DNA of 64,000 nt from a virus (lineage: Duplodnaviria; Caudoviricetes), in the IMG/VR virus record IMGVR_UViG_3300036971_000130, one strand, 5' to 3'. Shown in pieces: positions 19,454-29,730 of this stretch (position 1 is its first letter; every line of letters begins with the position of its first letter). Below the pieces are notes generated by a model. It was not told the DNA's origin. It saw only the letters and a program-made list of their open reading frames with translations, and did not search any database. The position numbers and the translations under genes were made by a program.

Positions 19454-19489
19454 CGAGAAGGCCCCGGTCCTGTGACCGGGGCCTTCTCG
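19454..19489. terminator. hairpin terminator between convergent genes
   Basis: CGAGAAGGCCCCGGTC-ctgt-GACCGGGGCCTTCTCG perfect 16-bp stem. Confidence 0.85.
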
Positions 19490-19491
19490 GT

Positions 19492-20361
19492 TCAGAGGAT
19501 CTGCGGGACCTCTCCGACGATCGCCATGATCTCGTCGTGGGTGAGCTTCCGGTCTCCCGTGCAACGGACCCACTGCCCGTCGTAGGGGATCGCCTTGCCG
19601 TCGGCCTCACCGATCGGGTCGACGACCCGCATCCAGCCACCCCGGAACGTCGGAACGACATCCGAGGGGTCCGACGGGTTGATCCTCGTCCACTGCATCA
19701 GACCGAGGTTCCCGTAGCGCATCGTGCGGTCCTTCTCAATGTCCTCCCATTCGTGGGGGAGCAGACCTTCGAGGATGACCCGGAGAGCCGACTTCGTCTC
19801 GCCGTGGCAGACGAAGTAGACCGAGTCCACATCGAGGCTGAGAGCCTCCTGTACGGCGTTGTAGACCCGTCCGACGGTCAGGTCGTAGATCGACTCGCCG
19901 CCGTGAGGGCGGAAGTAGAACGCCGACTTCTTGAACATGGCGTACTCGTTGGCGAAGTGCTCCCGGCGCTCATCCGGCGTGGCCGCACCGTAGGAAGCCC
20001 AGTCACGCTCCACGAGACGGCTGTCCGGAACCCAGAGCATCTTGGGGTCGAGACGTGCAGCGGTCTCCATCGCACGGAAGTGCGTCGACGTGAATCCGAT
20101 CGTCCGCTTCCACTGAGTCGGGAGCAGGCCCGCCTCAGAGAACTTGGCGATAGCCAGAGCGAACCTCTCGATCTCGACGGGGTCGAGGCGCTGAAGGTGA
20201 TCCGGTCGGCCCTTGATCAGCCCCTTCTGGTCCTCGCTCACGGAACGTGTCGGCTCCGGGCCTCGGCCATCGAGGAACTTCCACATGGCGTACATGAGGT
20301 TCGGCTCCGAATGGCCGTGCCGGAAAGCAAACATGGTCGTGGGGGTTGGTCGAGTGGTCAT
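19492..20361 (-). CDS. histidine phosphatase (phosphoglycerate mutase family)
   Basis: RHGHS, RAMETA, LVERDW, GGES, VCHG. Confidence 0.9.
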   Translation of the reverse strand: MTTRPTPTTMFAFRHGHSEPNLMYAMWKFLDGRGPEPTRSVSEDQKGLIKGRPDHLQRLDPVEIERFALAIAKFSEAGLLPTQWKRTIGFTSTHFRAMETAARLDPKMLWVPDSRLVERDWASYGAATPDERREHFANEYAMFKKSAFYFRPHGGESIYDLTVGRVYNAVQEALSLDVDSVYFVCHGETKSALRVILEGLLPHEWEDIEKDRTMRYGNLGLMQWTRINPSDPSDVVPTFRGGWMRVVDPIGEADGKAIPYDGQWVRCTGDRKLTHDEIMAIVGEVPQIL

Positions 20362-20387
20362 GTGATCACCATGGGTTGGGTCGGCAG

Positions 20388-20885
20388 CTACGTCCTCGTG
20401 AGGGTCTGCGGAGTTCTCTTGCGTGGCTCTCCGTCCGGACCGAGGATCAACGTCCCGGCCGGAACCTGAGATGGATCGAGGTCGAACGGAACGGTGAACC
20501 CTCCGGACTGCACAACCTCCGGAGAGGGCAGGCCGGGGAACGCCAGCTTCAGCGACTCGTTGAGAAGTCTGATCTCAACGAGCTTCAGCCCGACTTCCTC
20601 GTCGTCGGTGACGATCATACCGCTGATCTTCACCGGAAACTCAACTCGGACCAGCGTCACCAGGTAGTCCCGGTAGTCGATGATCGTCGGAGGGTCACGG
20701 GGGACCAGCTTCCGGTCCTCGATGCAGTAGAACTCGGGGCGGGAAGCTGAGACGATGTCACGCTGCACGCTGAGGGTCACTTCGTAGCCGTGACCGAGGA
20801 TCGACCGGATCTCACCACTGTCCCGGCCGACGAACCAGAAGTTCTGCGATGCGGTCATCTGAGCGGAGAACGAGTAGGGCTTCAC
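20388..20885 (-). CDS. hypothetical protein
   Basis: Coupled ORF. Confidence 0.6.
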   Translation of the reverse strand: MKPYSFSAQMTASQNFWFVGRDSGEIRSILGHGYEVTLSVQRDIVSASRPEFYCIEDRKLVPRDPPTIIDYRDYLVTLVRVEFPVKISGMIVTDDEEVGLKLVEIRLLNESLKLAFPGLPSPEVVQSGGFTVPFDLDPSQVPAGTLILGPDGEPRKRTPQTLTRT

Positions 20886-21355
20886 CGGTTACCTGCCATG
20901 TCGATTGCTTCCTCGAAGTCGATGGTTCTCGCTTCAGGGTCTAGCACGAGGCGGTCCCTGTCGGCGGCATCGAAGTCCACCGGTTCGTCGTCGACCTCAC
21001 CGTTGACGACCATCTTCGTCAACGGCACATATTCGGTTGTGGCAGCGCCAGCGACGACCGCTCGAACGTGGATGTAGGCGACCTCTGCCGCTTCGTCCTC
21101 GTCCTGAGCCAAGACGTAGCCGTCCACGGTGACCTCGAAGACGGCGCTGAAGCCGCAGACCGCAGCTTCAGATGTGCCCGTGAGGCGTGCCCCTTCCAGA
21201 GCCATGACAGGTCCAGCGACGACAGGCCCGAACTCGATCACGTACCCGTCGAACAGCCGGGGGAGGCGACGGGCCAACTCGACTCGGTCACCTGCGATGT
21301 TGAACCGGTGCTCCACACTGGCTGAGCCGGAGAAGGCGAACAGGCTCAGTCCCAC
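20882..21355 (-). CDS. hypothetical protein
   Basis: Coupled ORF. Confidence 0.6.
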   Translation of the reverse strand: MGLSLFAFSGSASVEHRFNIAGDRVELARRLPRLFDGYVIEFGPVVAGPVMALEGARLTGTSEAAVCGFSAVFEVTVDGYVLAQDEDEAAEVAYIHVRAVVAGAATTEYVPLTKMVVNGEVDDEPVDFDAADRDRLVLDPEARTIDFEEAIDMAGNR

Positions 21356-22161
21356 GCAAGCACCTTCTTGATGGTCTTGAAGACCTCGTCGGTGATCGGC
21401 TTCCCCATGGCGAGCGCCCTGACAGCCGCCACGATCGGATCATCAGGATCATCGAGTCGAGCGACGACCATGTCCGGCTTCTGACTGTTGTCGAGGACCA
21501 TCCCATCTTCGAGATGAACCCGGCGACCGCCCATGTCGAGCAGGACGATCGTCCCGTTGTCGTACCTCCAAGACATCTTGTTCTCGGATGCGTAGCGGAG
21601 GGCTGAGACGCCGAAGGTCGGCCTCCGGCGGAGCGTGAAGCTCCCCTCGTCCACCTCGACGACCCCATCGACCACCTTGGTGTGGGTGCTGTGGGTGCCG
21701 ACGGTCTTCTGGTTGATCGACCGGATCAGTTGACCGTCGATGGAGCCGCTCAGGATGTCTTCGACCTTCACCGGCACCTTGGCCGGAGCCGTCCACTCGG
21801 CGGGAACACGAGTCGGGGTTCGTGAGTCGTTGACGTACGCCTTCACCCAGTCCTCGCCGTTCCTGTACGCCCACTGTTCGGCAACGCCAGCCGAGTAGGC
21901 CATCCGGAACTCAGACGGGCCAGAGACCAGGCGGTACCCGACCTCGTCGGTGACGATCACGTTGTTCAGCCAGCAGGCGTTCGGAACGGGGGTGAAAGGA
22001 CCATGGTCACTCCGGTAGAGAGAGATGCTATCGACGCTCATGGTCGACTTCATCAAAGCCCATCGGCCTTCGGTGTCGACGGACTCGACGACCATGATGA
22101 CCCCGCTTCGGGGGTTCCTGTAGAACTTCCCGACCTCCATGTTCTTGTACGGACCGGTCAT
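21346..22161 (-). CDS. hypothetical protein
   Basis: 271-aa coupled ORF. Confidence 0.7.
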   Translation of the reverse strand: MTGPYKNMEVGKFYRNPRSGVIMVVESVDTEGRWALMKSTMSVDSISLYRSDHGPFTPVPNACWLNNVIVTDEVGYRLVSGPSEFRMAYSAGVAEQWAYRNGEDWVKAYVNDSRTPTRVPAEWTAPAKVPVKVEDILSGSIDGQLIRSINQKTVGTHSTHTKVVDGVVEVDEGSFTLRRRPTFGVSALRYASENKMSWRYDNGTIVLLDMGGRRVHLEDGMVLDNSQKPDMVVARLDDPDDPIVAAVRALAMGKPITDEVFKTIKKVLAWD

Positions 22162-22442
22162 GGCTCAGGCACCTCGGTTTTGCAGTCGTTGCACATGCAC
22201 ACTGGGTTGCTCGTCGACGAATACGACCAGACGGTGGGAGCGACCGCCGACGGCGTCTTGCGGTACATCTCCGGGCTGAGGAAAGCATCCGCTCTCCTGA
22301 CGGCAGCCCAGATGGACTTGGCCCACCCGCTCACCCTCCCCGAGATCACGACGATCACCGAGATGAGGAACAGGACGGCCGAGAGAACACGGCTGAACGG
22401 AAGCGCCACCCAGGCGACGATGAAGAAGGCGAGCGAGATCAC
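22158..22442 (-). CDS. small membrane protein
   Basis: GTGA overlap with ligase stop; two hydrophobic segments. Confidence 0.55.
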   Translation of the reverse strand: MISLAFFIVAWVALPFSRVLSAVLFLISVIVVISGRVSGWAKSIWAAVRRADAFLSPEMYRKTPSAVAPTVWSYSSTSNPVCMCNDCKTEVPEP

Positions 22443-24508
22443 GAGGCGGCACCCTGATCGAGAAGCCACTGAGGCGACTCGATGCGGACACCGAGAGCCT
22501 CGGCCTTCGTGTGCTTCGAGGAACCGGGTCCGTCGGAGACGAGCACGTCGGTGGTCTTGCTCACCGAGCCGGAGGATTTGCCGCCGAGGCGCTCGATGAA
22601 CTCGGCCACCTCGTTGCGGGAGAGGCCGGGGACCGAACCGGTGACGACGATCTTCATGCCTTCCAGCGGCTTCGCATCGTCGTTGACGACACCGTAGTTC
22701 TCGTCTTCGGTGTTCCACCCCTGAGCGATCAGGGTGTTGATCGTTGCATCCAGGTCATCGAGTTCCTTGCGGATCGTCTCGGCACGCCCCTCACCGATGC
22801 CTTCGACCGACATCAGGTCGTCGATCGACGCAGCCTGGATGGCAGCGAGAGTACCGAAGTGCTTGGAGATGCGACGGGACAGCGAGCGGCCCGTCATGCG
22901 GATGCCGAGAGCGGTCACGAGACGGTGGAGCGGCTGGCCCTTCGCCTTGGCGATCTCGTCGGTGAGCTTGCGACCGGAGGTCTCACCGAGACCGGGGATC
23001 GCAGCGATCTGAGCGACCGTGAGACCGTCGAGGTCGGTGATCGAGCGGAGGGCACCGGCGTCCATCAGAGAACCGACGACACCGTCACCGAGACCCTCGA
23101 TGTCGAGAGCGTCACGGGAGGCGGCGTAGACGACCCGAGCGCCCATCCCAGCCTCACAGGAGGCGTTCACACAGCGCCAGCGGGCAGCAGACGTGTCCAG
23201 CGGGCTGTTGCACGACACGCAACGCTCCGGCATCCGGTACGGGACCGACTGCGGATCACGAGCGACGTGGCCGACGATCTCGGGGATCACGTCACCGGCC
23301 CGGCGGACGATGACCTTGTCACCGATGCGGACATCCCGACGATCGAGGTCTTCCTGGTTGTGCAACGTCACGTTCGTGACGGTGGTGCCGCCGACGAAGA
23401 CGGGATCGAGGCGAGCGACCGGGGTGTGGACACCGGTGCGGCCGACCTGAACGTCGATGCCGAGCAGGTACGTGGTGGCTTCCTCGGCGGCGTACTTCCA
23501 CGCCACCGCCCACTTCGGAGTGCGGGAGGACATGCCGAGTTCGCTCTGGCGAGCCAGACGATTGACCTTCACGACAGCACCGTCGAGGTCGCACGGGAAC
23601 CGATCTCGGACCTTGCCGATGGTGGTGATCGCTTCGAGGACGGCGACCGGGCCGTACTTCGATCCGACCTGCATGTCCTCGTGGGTGATGTCCTCACCGA
23701 GAGCGAAGGCGGTCGAGAAGCCGAGGTTTGTGAGCGCCCGGTAGATGCAGCCCTGGGTCAGCACCTCCGGCGAGTTGATCGCAGCGGCGAGAGTCTCGGT
23801 GGACGCAACGGCGTCGTAGGCGAAGAAGGTCATCGGGGGACGCTCGGATGCGGGGATGCCGTCACGACGGATGGAGCCAGCGACAGCGTTGCGGGCGTTG
23901 ACGAATGGGGCCTTGCCCATCACGTTCACTCGGTAGTCGTTCGCCACGACGAACTGGTCCTTGGTGAAGACCATCTCGCCTCGGGCCTCGAAGCGATCGT
24001 TGGTGTTGATCGAACGGGGAAGACCGACCACATCAGCCGGGAGACGATCGGTGACATCTTCACCGGTAAGGCCATCGCCTCGGGTGATGACACGGACGAG
24101 CTTCCCACCCTCGTAGATGGCGGAGATCGCCAGACCATCGAGCTTCGGTTCCACGACCATGATCGTTGCGCCGGAACCGACGGAGTCAGAGATCGGCTTC
24201 ACCCGGTCCAACCAGGCACCGATCTCGCCCGGAACGGTTGCCTTCGAGAGCGAGAGCATCGGGACTGCGTGCTTCACGTCACCGCCGGACGACGTGCCAG
24301 CAGCGACATCGAACAGGGTGTGAGCCATCGCCTCGGCCGGGTTCTCGTCCTCGAACGCCCGGACGGCGTCGAGACCGGCGTCGTAGTCGGCGTCGACCAT
24401 CGTCAGGCCGGTCCCGTTGTAGTAGGCGTCGGCTGCGGCCATGAGGCTGTCCACGAGAGCTTCGTACTCGTCGTAGGTCATCTCGGTCTCTGCGGTGTGT
24501 CCGTTCAT
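22439..24508 (-). CDS. ligA: NAD-dependent DNA ligase
   Basis: PMLSL, EPKLDG, TRGDG, Cys4 zinc finger, HhH, C-terminal BRCT. Confidence 0.97.
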   Translation of the reverse strand: MNGHTAETEMTYDEYEALVDSLMAAADAYYNGTGLTMVDADYDAGLDAVRAFEDENPAEAMAHTLFDVAAGTSSGGDVKHAVPMLSLSKATVPGEIGAWLDRVKPISDSVGSGATIMVVEPKLDGLAISAIYEGGKLVRVITRGDGLTGEDVTDRLPADVVGLPRSINTNDRFEARGEMVFTKDQFVVANDYRVNVMGKAPFVNARNAVAGSIRRDGIPASERPPMTFFAYDAVASTETLAAAINSPEVLTQGCIYRALTNLGFSTAFALGEDITHEDMQVGSKYGPVAVLEAITTIGKVRDRFPCDLDGAVVKVNRLARQSELGMSSRTPKWAVAWKYAAEEATTYLLGIDVQVGRTGVHTPVARLDPVFVGGTTVTNVTLHNQEDLDRRDVRIGDKVIVRRAGDVIPEIVGHVARDPQSVPYRMPERCVSCNSPLDTSAARWRCVNASCEAGMGARVVYAASRDALDIEGLGDGVVGSLMDAGALRSITDLDGLTVAQIAAIPGLGETSGRKLTDEIAKAKGQPLHRLVTALGIRMTGRSLSRRISKHFGTLAAIQAASIDDLMSVEGIGEGRAETIRKELDDLDATINTLIAQGWNTEDENYGVVNDDAKPLEGMKIVVTGSVPGLSRNEVAEFIERLGGKSSGSVSKTTDVLVSDGPGSSKHTKAEALGVRIESPQWLLDQGAAS

Positions 24509-24557
24509 GTTCACCATCATGGGTGGTGAACGCTAGCCGAACCAAGCTCGACGAGCC

Positions 24558-24686
24558 TCAACTCATCGAGTCTTCGAGGAAGATCCACCCGATGAGGACC
24601 CAGAAACCGGCGACGACCCACAGGACCGCTGAGACCAAGATCATGGCGACGCTGTAGTCCGTCTCTCCCGCCACCACCTTGTTCAC
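24558..24686 (-). CDS. small membrane peptide (42 aa)
   Basis: Manual translation MNKVVAGETDYSVAMILVSAVLWVVAGFWVLIGWIF... Confidence 0.4.
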   Translation of the reverse strand: MNKVVAGETDYSVAMILVSAVLWVVAGFWVLIGWIFLEDSMS

Positions 24687-24972
24687 CTTGATGGTGGTGT
24701 CCGTTTCGGACTTCGGAGTCTGGTCCGCTCCGTCACATCACCCGCCATCTTCCGTGGGGCATCTTCGACGATGGATTCGATCCCGCCAAGGCCCGTGATG
24801 TCCTCGTCGATCTCGCCGCCGAGGACGCTGAGATGGTCAGTGAGTGGAACCGAGTCAACCAACTGGCAAAGAAGACGGAGGCCGAGGGCATTCGTCTTCA
24901 CCAAGAGGCCAGGGACATCCGAGACGCCAGGAACGAACGTCTCGCAGCGGCAACGGACCCGGAGGTCATCCG

Positions 24973-25140
24973 ATGAGGAACGAACTCAACGCAGCCACCG
25001 AGGCCATCGTCGCAGCCGAAGCTGAGTTGGCTCGGTTGAAGGAGATCCAGGCCAAGATGATCGCTCACGTCGTCGGGGAACTCACCAGTCGTCGGGTGAC
25101 CTTCTGGATCATGTCCACAACCAGGCCGTCGTGGACATGA
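24973..25140 (+). CDS. small hypothetical protein
   Basis: GGAGG RBS then ATG. Confidence 0.5.
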   Translation: MRNELNAATEAIVAAEAELARLKEIQAKMIAHVVGELTSRRVTFWIMSTTRPSWT

Positions 25141-25403
25141 TCCCGAAGGACTCATGGCTTCGGCCCACCCCGTACATCAACAACCCTCTCGCTGTCGAGG
25201 TCGACGGTGACGACATCATCATCACCGTCCCCGTGAACGACTACAACACCTCCACTCGCAAGTACGAACAGGTAGGCACGAAGCAGACCAAGGCGTCCAT
25301 TCGACCTCTCACGATGTCGGATCGTGAGTACGCCAAGACCCTCCGTCGTATCGACCGAGAAGCTCGGGAGACCATCAAGGGTCTCTTGGAAAGCGGCTCG
25401 TGA
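25131..25403 (+). CDS. hypothetical protein
   Basis: Coupled ORF. Confidence 0.55.
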   Translation: MDMIPKDSWLRPTPYINNPLAVEVDGDDIIITVPVNDYNTSTRKYEQVGTKQTKASIRPLTMSDREYAKTLRRIDREARETIKGLLESGS

Positions 25404-25457
25404 TGCCCGGACATCGACGGTTTCGCTAGGCTGATCGACGAACATGAAAGAGGACGA

Positions 25458-26081
25458 ATGAGACACGTCTACTACGACAGCGAGTTCCACCTGACGACCA
25501 TCCCCGAGGGCACCGCCCTTCAGGATGGTGCTCGGTCGGTACAGACCACCGGCGTCTCACCTGAGCCACTCTCGGTTGCGTTCGCAACCGAAGACGGTTC
25601 GGGCATCTACATGATCTTCCGCCACAACGTCGAACGTGACCCTTCGAGGTTCAACGACTTCGTGAAGGCTCACGTCGTCCCGTACCTCGACACCGACCTG
25701 AGTATGTTCCCCGGCGTCGAGACCATCGTGGTCGACTCCGACGAAGAAGCACGGAAGCTCCTGCTCCGATGGTTCAGGTCGAACGCCATGCTCCGTGGTG
25801 AGCCAACTCGCATCTGGGCTCTCCGTGGAGGCTCGGACATGGCTCTCCTACACAACCTGTGGGGAGGCTGGGACAACTTCCCCAGGGGACTCCCGAAGGG
25901 CGCTGACGAGATCAGCACGCTCACGGACCTCGTCAGCGAACTCGTCGGTGACCTGAACGTCCTCGACTCCCCGGAAGACGTGACTGGGCCAGCGCACAAC
26001 TGCATGGTCGATGCTCTTGTCGTCAGGTCCCATCACCGGTGGGCGATGGAACAACTCCGGAGACTTCGCCTCCCCAGATGA
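25458..26081 (+). CDS. DEDD 3'-5' exoribonuclease (RNase AS/Rv2179c-like)
   Basis: YYDSEF, FVKAHVVPYL, HNCMVDA. Confidence 0.8.
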   Translation: MRHVYYDSEFHLTTIPEGTALQDGARSVQTTGVSPEPLSVAFATEDGSGIYMIFRHNVERDPSRFNDFVKAHVVPYLDTDLSMFPGVETIVVDSDEEARKLLLRWFRSNAMLRGEPTRIWALRGGSDMALLHNLWGGWDNFPRGLPKGADEISTLTDLVSELVGDLNVLDSPEDVTGPAHNCMVDALVVRSHHRWAMEQLRRLRLPR

Positions 26082-26100
26082 CGCCACCCATGATGGAGGC

Positions 26101-27620
26101 ATGAGCAAAACTCAACCTTCATCCGCCTCGCATCAGCGGGGTTCCTCCTGTTCGTCGCCTGGGCGCTGCTGACCTACTTCTTCGGCCAGCACCTCTGGAC
26201 CTCGGTGTTCGCCACCACCCAGGGTCTCGGCTGGTTCACCGTCTTCGGTCTCGCCGTCGTCGTCGCCGACCTCGCCGTCACGTTCACGTTCGTCGGATCG
26301 GAATACGACGCCCGCCCCAACTACATCGTCCTCGGTGTGTCCATCCTGGCGGTCATCCTCGTCGGGGTCGTCTACTACCGGAACAGCAACTACGGCTACC
26401 ACAAGGAGTATGCACGCTCCATCACGTTCACCGAGAAGGAAGCCCCTCAGTTCAAGGAGCGGGCACCATGGCGACTCGCTGACAACCTGCTCCGACGGAA
26501 CTCCGAGAACCTCCGAGGGAACCGTCAGGATGCCGTCTACGTCGTCGAGGACGGCAAGGCTCGATGGACCATGGTCGTCGACGGTGAGGGAACCGGCCGG
26601 AAGATCGCTGGTGTTGCCGAGTGGAACGGCACCTCGAACTCGTCCGGTTCGTTCACCACCTGTCGTTTCGACACCAAGGTTCGAGCCCTCGACGGTGACT
26701 TCTGGAACTCCATGGCTCGTCAGATCAACAACACCGACGGTGGCAAGGGTCTGTTCTACGACAAGTCCGACGCCTACGGCGTCTGCGAGGACGGCAAGGC
26801 GAAGCTCTACATCCCCGCCAAGATGCGTGTCGGCTACCTTCCGGCCCACGACGTGTTCGGTGCGCTCATCGTCATCGACAAGGACGGCAAGATCACCTTC
26901 GACCGCAACGTCGAGAAGGGCGAGCACCCCGGCCCGGTCTACCCGGAGTCGCTGGTGAAGGCGCAGGAGAACTCGCTGCTCGCCACCGGTTCGTGGGGTG
27001 ACTACTCCTTCTCCCGTGGCAACGTGGCCTTCGACGATGACTCCACCGCCGAGTTCGCCGGGTCCGAGAACCCGAACACCGGTAACACCGGTCAGTTCAT
27101 GCTCATGGGCGATGACGGTCGCCCGAGCTACGTGACGCCGATGATCCCGAACAAGACCTCGAAGATGATCTCCCGTCTCTCGGTGGTCGAAGCCGACCAT
27201 GCCAAGGCGGGGAAGCTCAACGACCTGACCTTCTACACGATCCCGAGCCGGAAGTCGAACGCCGAGGTCAGCCAGTTGGTCAAGGCGGCGTTCCCGAACC
27301 TCTCCTACGCCTCGGGCATCCAGATCATGGAGGTCGCCCCCGGCGGTGACCTCTGGTACGGCACGATCGGTCAGCCGCTCTCCGCCACCTACTCGTTCAC
27401 GGTGGACCAGGAAGGGTCGCTGTGCCTCTACAAGTACGGCTCGGACAAGGAGATCGGGTGTTCGGACGGTGAGATCGTCGAAGGGGAGACCCCGTCGGTC
27501 AACCCGACGACCCCGTCGATCCCGTCGACCGGTGAGTACGCCGAACTCACCGACAAGGAGTTGGCCGACCTGCTTGCTCAGGTGAGCGCCGAGATCAGCC
27601 GCCGGTCGTCCGAGGGCTAG
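26101..27620 (+). CDS. membrane-anchored extracellular protein; apparent 1-nt frameshift in A4 run at 26107-26110
   Basis: Motif-led ATG at 26101 is out of frame with NSTFIRLASAGFLLF...; 3 TM segments then long soluble domain. Confidence 0.7.
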
Positions 27621-27635
27621 CCCCCATACGCCGGA

Positions 27636-27662
27636 GAGCCGGGGCCTTCGGGTCCCGGCTCT
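27636..27662. terminator. hairpin terminator
   Basis: AGAGCCGGGGCC-TTCG-GGTCCCGGCTCT. Confidence 0.8.
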
Positions 27663-27952
27663 TGTCGTTCAATAGTTCGTTCGTGCTGCGATCAGTCGAC
27701 GGATCACGTTGTCCGAGCAACCGGAGATCAGATCAGCCGTGTCGCTGTGCATGAACGCCAGGTTGATCCTCGTCGGAGCGTATCCAGGAGGCCCGACGGC
27801 ATGGTCAGGAGATCAACGTCGGAGTCGACGCCTGGGGCGGTCAGGTGGTCTCCTTGGAAGAGATCGTCGAACTCTCCCGTGGGGCAGAGCAGGCCCCTGC
27901 GATCCGCTGGGTCGACTGAGACCCTGAGGTGGCCTGAAGCCGCTTCAGGGTC

Positions 27953-28477
27953 TCAGATCACGGCCTCGAAGGTCAGCGGACCCCAGTTCTTCGCTGGGGT
28001 CTTCGAGTGCCCAGGGTCCACCGACACCTGCCGCATCGAGCCAACATCGAGATGCACATGGCGAAGCTCGTGGTCGACCTTGACGACCTTGGCCTGCTGT
28101 TCGGGGTGCATGTCGTAGGCAGGACGGTTGTTCTTCCACTGCCACATGACCAGGTGGCCGTGGACCTGATGGAACGGCATCCCGCCGAGGCGCTCCCATG
28201 GGAAAGCGACTTCGGCAAGCGAGTGCGCCCAGGCAACGCTCGGGAACAACAACGGCCTGAGTCCACTGAGCATCACCCCAGCCTCGAAGGCTCGTTCGGG
28301 TGCCTCGCGCAGCCAGAGGTTCAGCCGCTCGGCAGTGCGGTACGCAGACAGTGAGGCTCCGGAACTGTCCCAGGTCGTAGGAGCGAGTCCAGCGGGCTTG
28401 TTCTCGTGCGCCTTGAACTTGCCACCCATCGAGGCGGGGGTTCCAGCCGAGTGGCGGATTTGGGCTGAGGTGCTCAT
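27953..28477 (-). CDS. hypothetical protein with N-terminal RHSAGTPASMGGKF motif
   Basis: ORF; frame stays open about 70 codons past the TGA. Confidence 0.65.
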   Translation of the reverse strand: MSTSAQIRHSAGTPASMGGKFKAHENKPAGLAPTTWDSSGASLSAYRTAERLNLWLREAPERAFEAGVMLSGLRPLLFPSVAWAHSLAEVAFPWERLGGMPFHQVHGHLVMWQWKNNRPAYDMHPEQQAKVVKVDHELRHVHLDVGSMRQVSVDPGHSKTPAKNWGPLTFEAVI

Positions 28478-28497
28478 GCCCTATCTATCGTCGGCGG

Positions 28498-28932
28498 TCA
28501 GTCGTCGGCCGAGCGCCCGTAGAGCAGGGCACCGTCGATCAGCGGCTCACCCTGGTCGTCCCAGGTGACCGTGAACGACGTGACCAGTTCGCTGCACCAG
28601 CGATAGGTGACGCTGGCCTTGCAGGCATCCAGCAGGGCGTCGATCGCCACCTGCACTGCCTCGGACCCACGGATGATCTCGACGGTCGCACCGTCATCAT
28701 CGGGTGATTCCTCATCCTCGGCGTACAAGGTGGTGATGTGGTCGAGAAGCTCCTGCCTGTCGGGGAAGCCCCCGACGGCCAACTTCGACGTGTACGCCTC
28801 GATGGTCTGCGGCGTGGTGATCTCACCGCCGTGTGGTTCGATCTCTGCCTCGTAGCACTCCGCAATCGAGCCATAGGCGATCTCGCCGCCCTTGGTCGTG
28901 TAGAGCAGGATGTCGTTCATCGTCTCAGTCAT
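28498..28932 (-). CDS. hypothetical protein
   Basis: ORF with typical codon bias. Confidence 0.6.
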   Translation of the reverse strand: MTETMNDILLYTTKGGEIAYGSIAECYEAEIEPHGGEITTPQTIEAYTSKLAVGGFPDRQELLDHITTLYAEDEESPDDDGATVEIIRGSEAVQVAIDALLDACKASVTYRWCSELVTSFTVTWDDQGEPLIDGALLYGRSADD

Positions 28933-28992
28933 GGCCTTGATCCTCTCTGGGTTGTCCTGGCACCGCAACACATCTTCATCTTTGCCTTGGAC

Positions 28993-29436
28993 TCATGCAC
29001 CATGTTCGGACGATCGGCGCTCAGCCAAGAGGTCGTTGATGACCCTCTGCTGCCTTTCGAGCATCTCCACGGCGTCACTGACAAGTTCCACATGGCCGTA
29101 GTTGTTCTCGGGGATGTCGAGCGCCCGAGCGGCGTCACGTAGATCGAAAACCAACTCGTCGACTTCCTCGGGCGTGGTCGGTTGCATGGACTCATTATGG
29201 GTGGTCGGTTGCATGGACTCATTATGGGTGGTCGGTTGCATGGACTCATCATGGGTGGTCATCCAACGAGAACCTTCATCCGGTTGGACGCCTCGTTCGA
29301 GGATGAGCCTGAGCTTCAGGTTCTCGTCCTCGGCTTCGATCCCAGGGATCGACCCCATCGACCCGAAGCCCTTCTGACCGGGAGCGAACGAACCTCCCGT
29401 GGTTCCGGGAACGGTCTTACCTCGAAGCTGCGCCAT
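28993..29436 (-). CDS. hypothetical protein, N-terminal RGKTVPGTTGGSF motif, fused through promoter repeats to a motif-led ORF (29187)
   Basis: TAGAAT-N6-ATG at 29436; internal (TTHNESMQP)x3. Confidence 0.6.
   Translation of the reverse strand: MAQLRGKTVPGTTGGSFAPGQKGFGSMGSIPGIEAEDENLKLRLILERGVQPDEGSRWMTTHDESMQPTTHNESMQPTTHNESMQPTTPEEVDELVFDLRDAARALDIPENNYGHVELVSDAVEMLERQQRVINDLLAERRSSEHGA
29174..29260 (-). repeat. 27-bp tandem repeat x3 containing class I promoter plus ATG
   Basis: Unit GACCACCCATAATGAGTCCATGCAACC on minus strand. Confidence 0.95.
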
Positions 29437-29490
29437 GTCCGGATTCTACCAGGTTTGGACATCCTGGACCATCTGACCCATGTTGGGTGC

Positions 29491-29730
29491 ATGGACCCCA
29501 TCACTCACACCGTCACCTTCGGCAAGCGCACCTGGACCGATGTCGAGTACGCCCACATGTGCGTCTTCGCCTTCATCGCCGTGATCGCCGCTGTCGCCGT
29601 CGGCGGCATCATCGTTTCCCTCGCCTCGGCCATCACCGGGATCGAGCAGTCCGACTACCTGATGCTCCGTGTCATCCTGTGGGGTATCGTCGGCGCTGTG
29701 GTCGGACACAAGAAGGTGAACATCCGTTGA
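29491..29730 (+). CDS. small membrane protein
   Basis: TTGGAC-N18-CATGTT-N6-ATG; two TM segments. Confidence 0.7.
   Translation: MDPITHTVTFGKRTWTDVEYAHMCVFAFIAVIAAVAVGGIIVSLASAITGIEQSDYLMLRVILWGIVGAVVGHKKVNIR

Noticed and set aside
13378-27955. TGA recoding (alternative genetic code)
   Set aside because: Only two open-after-TGA cases; most genes end in TGA with ATGA/GTGA coupling.
29174-29260. CRISPR-like array
   Set aside because: 27-bp units are contiguous with no spacers; no cas genes in the window.
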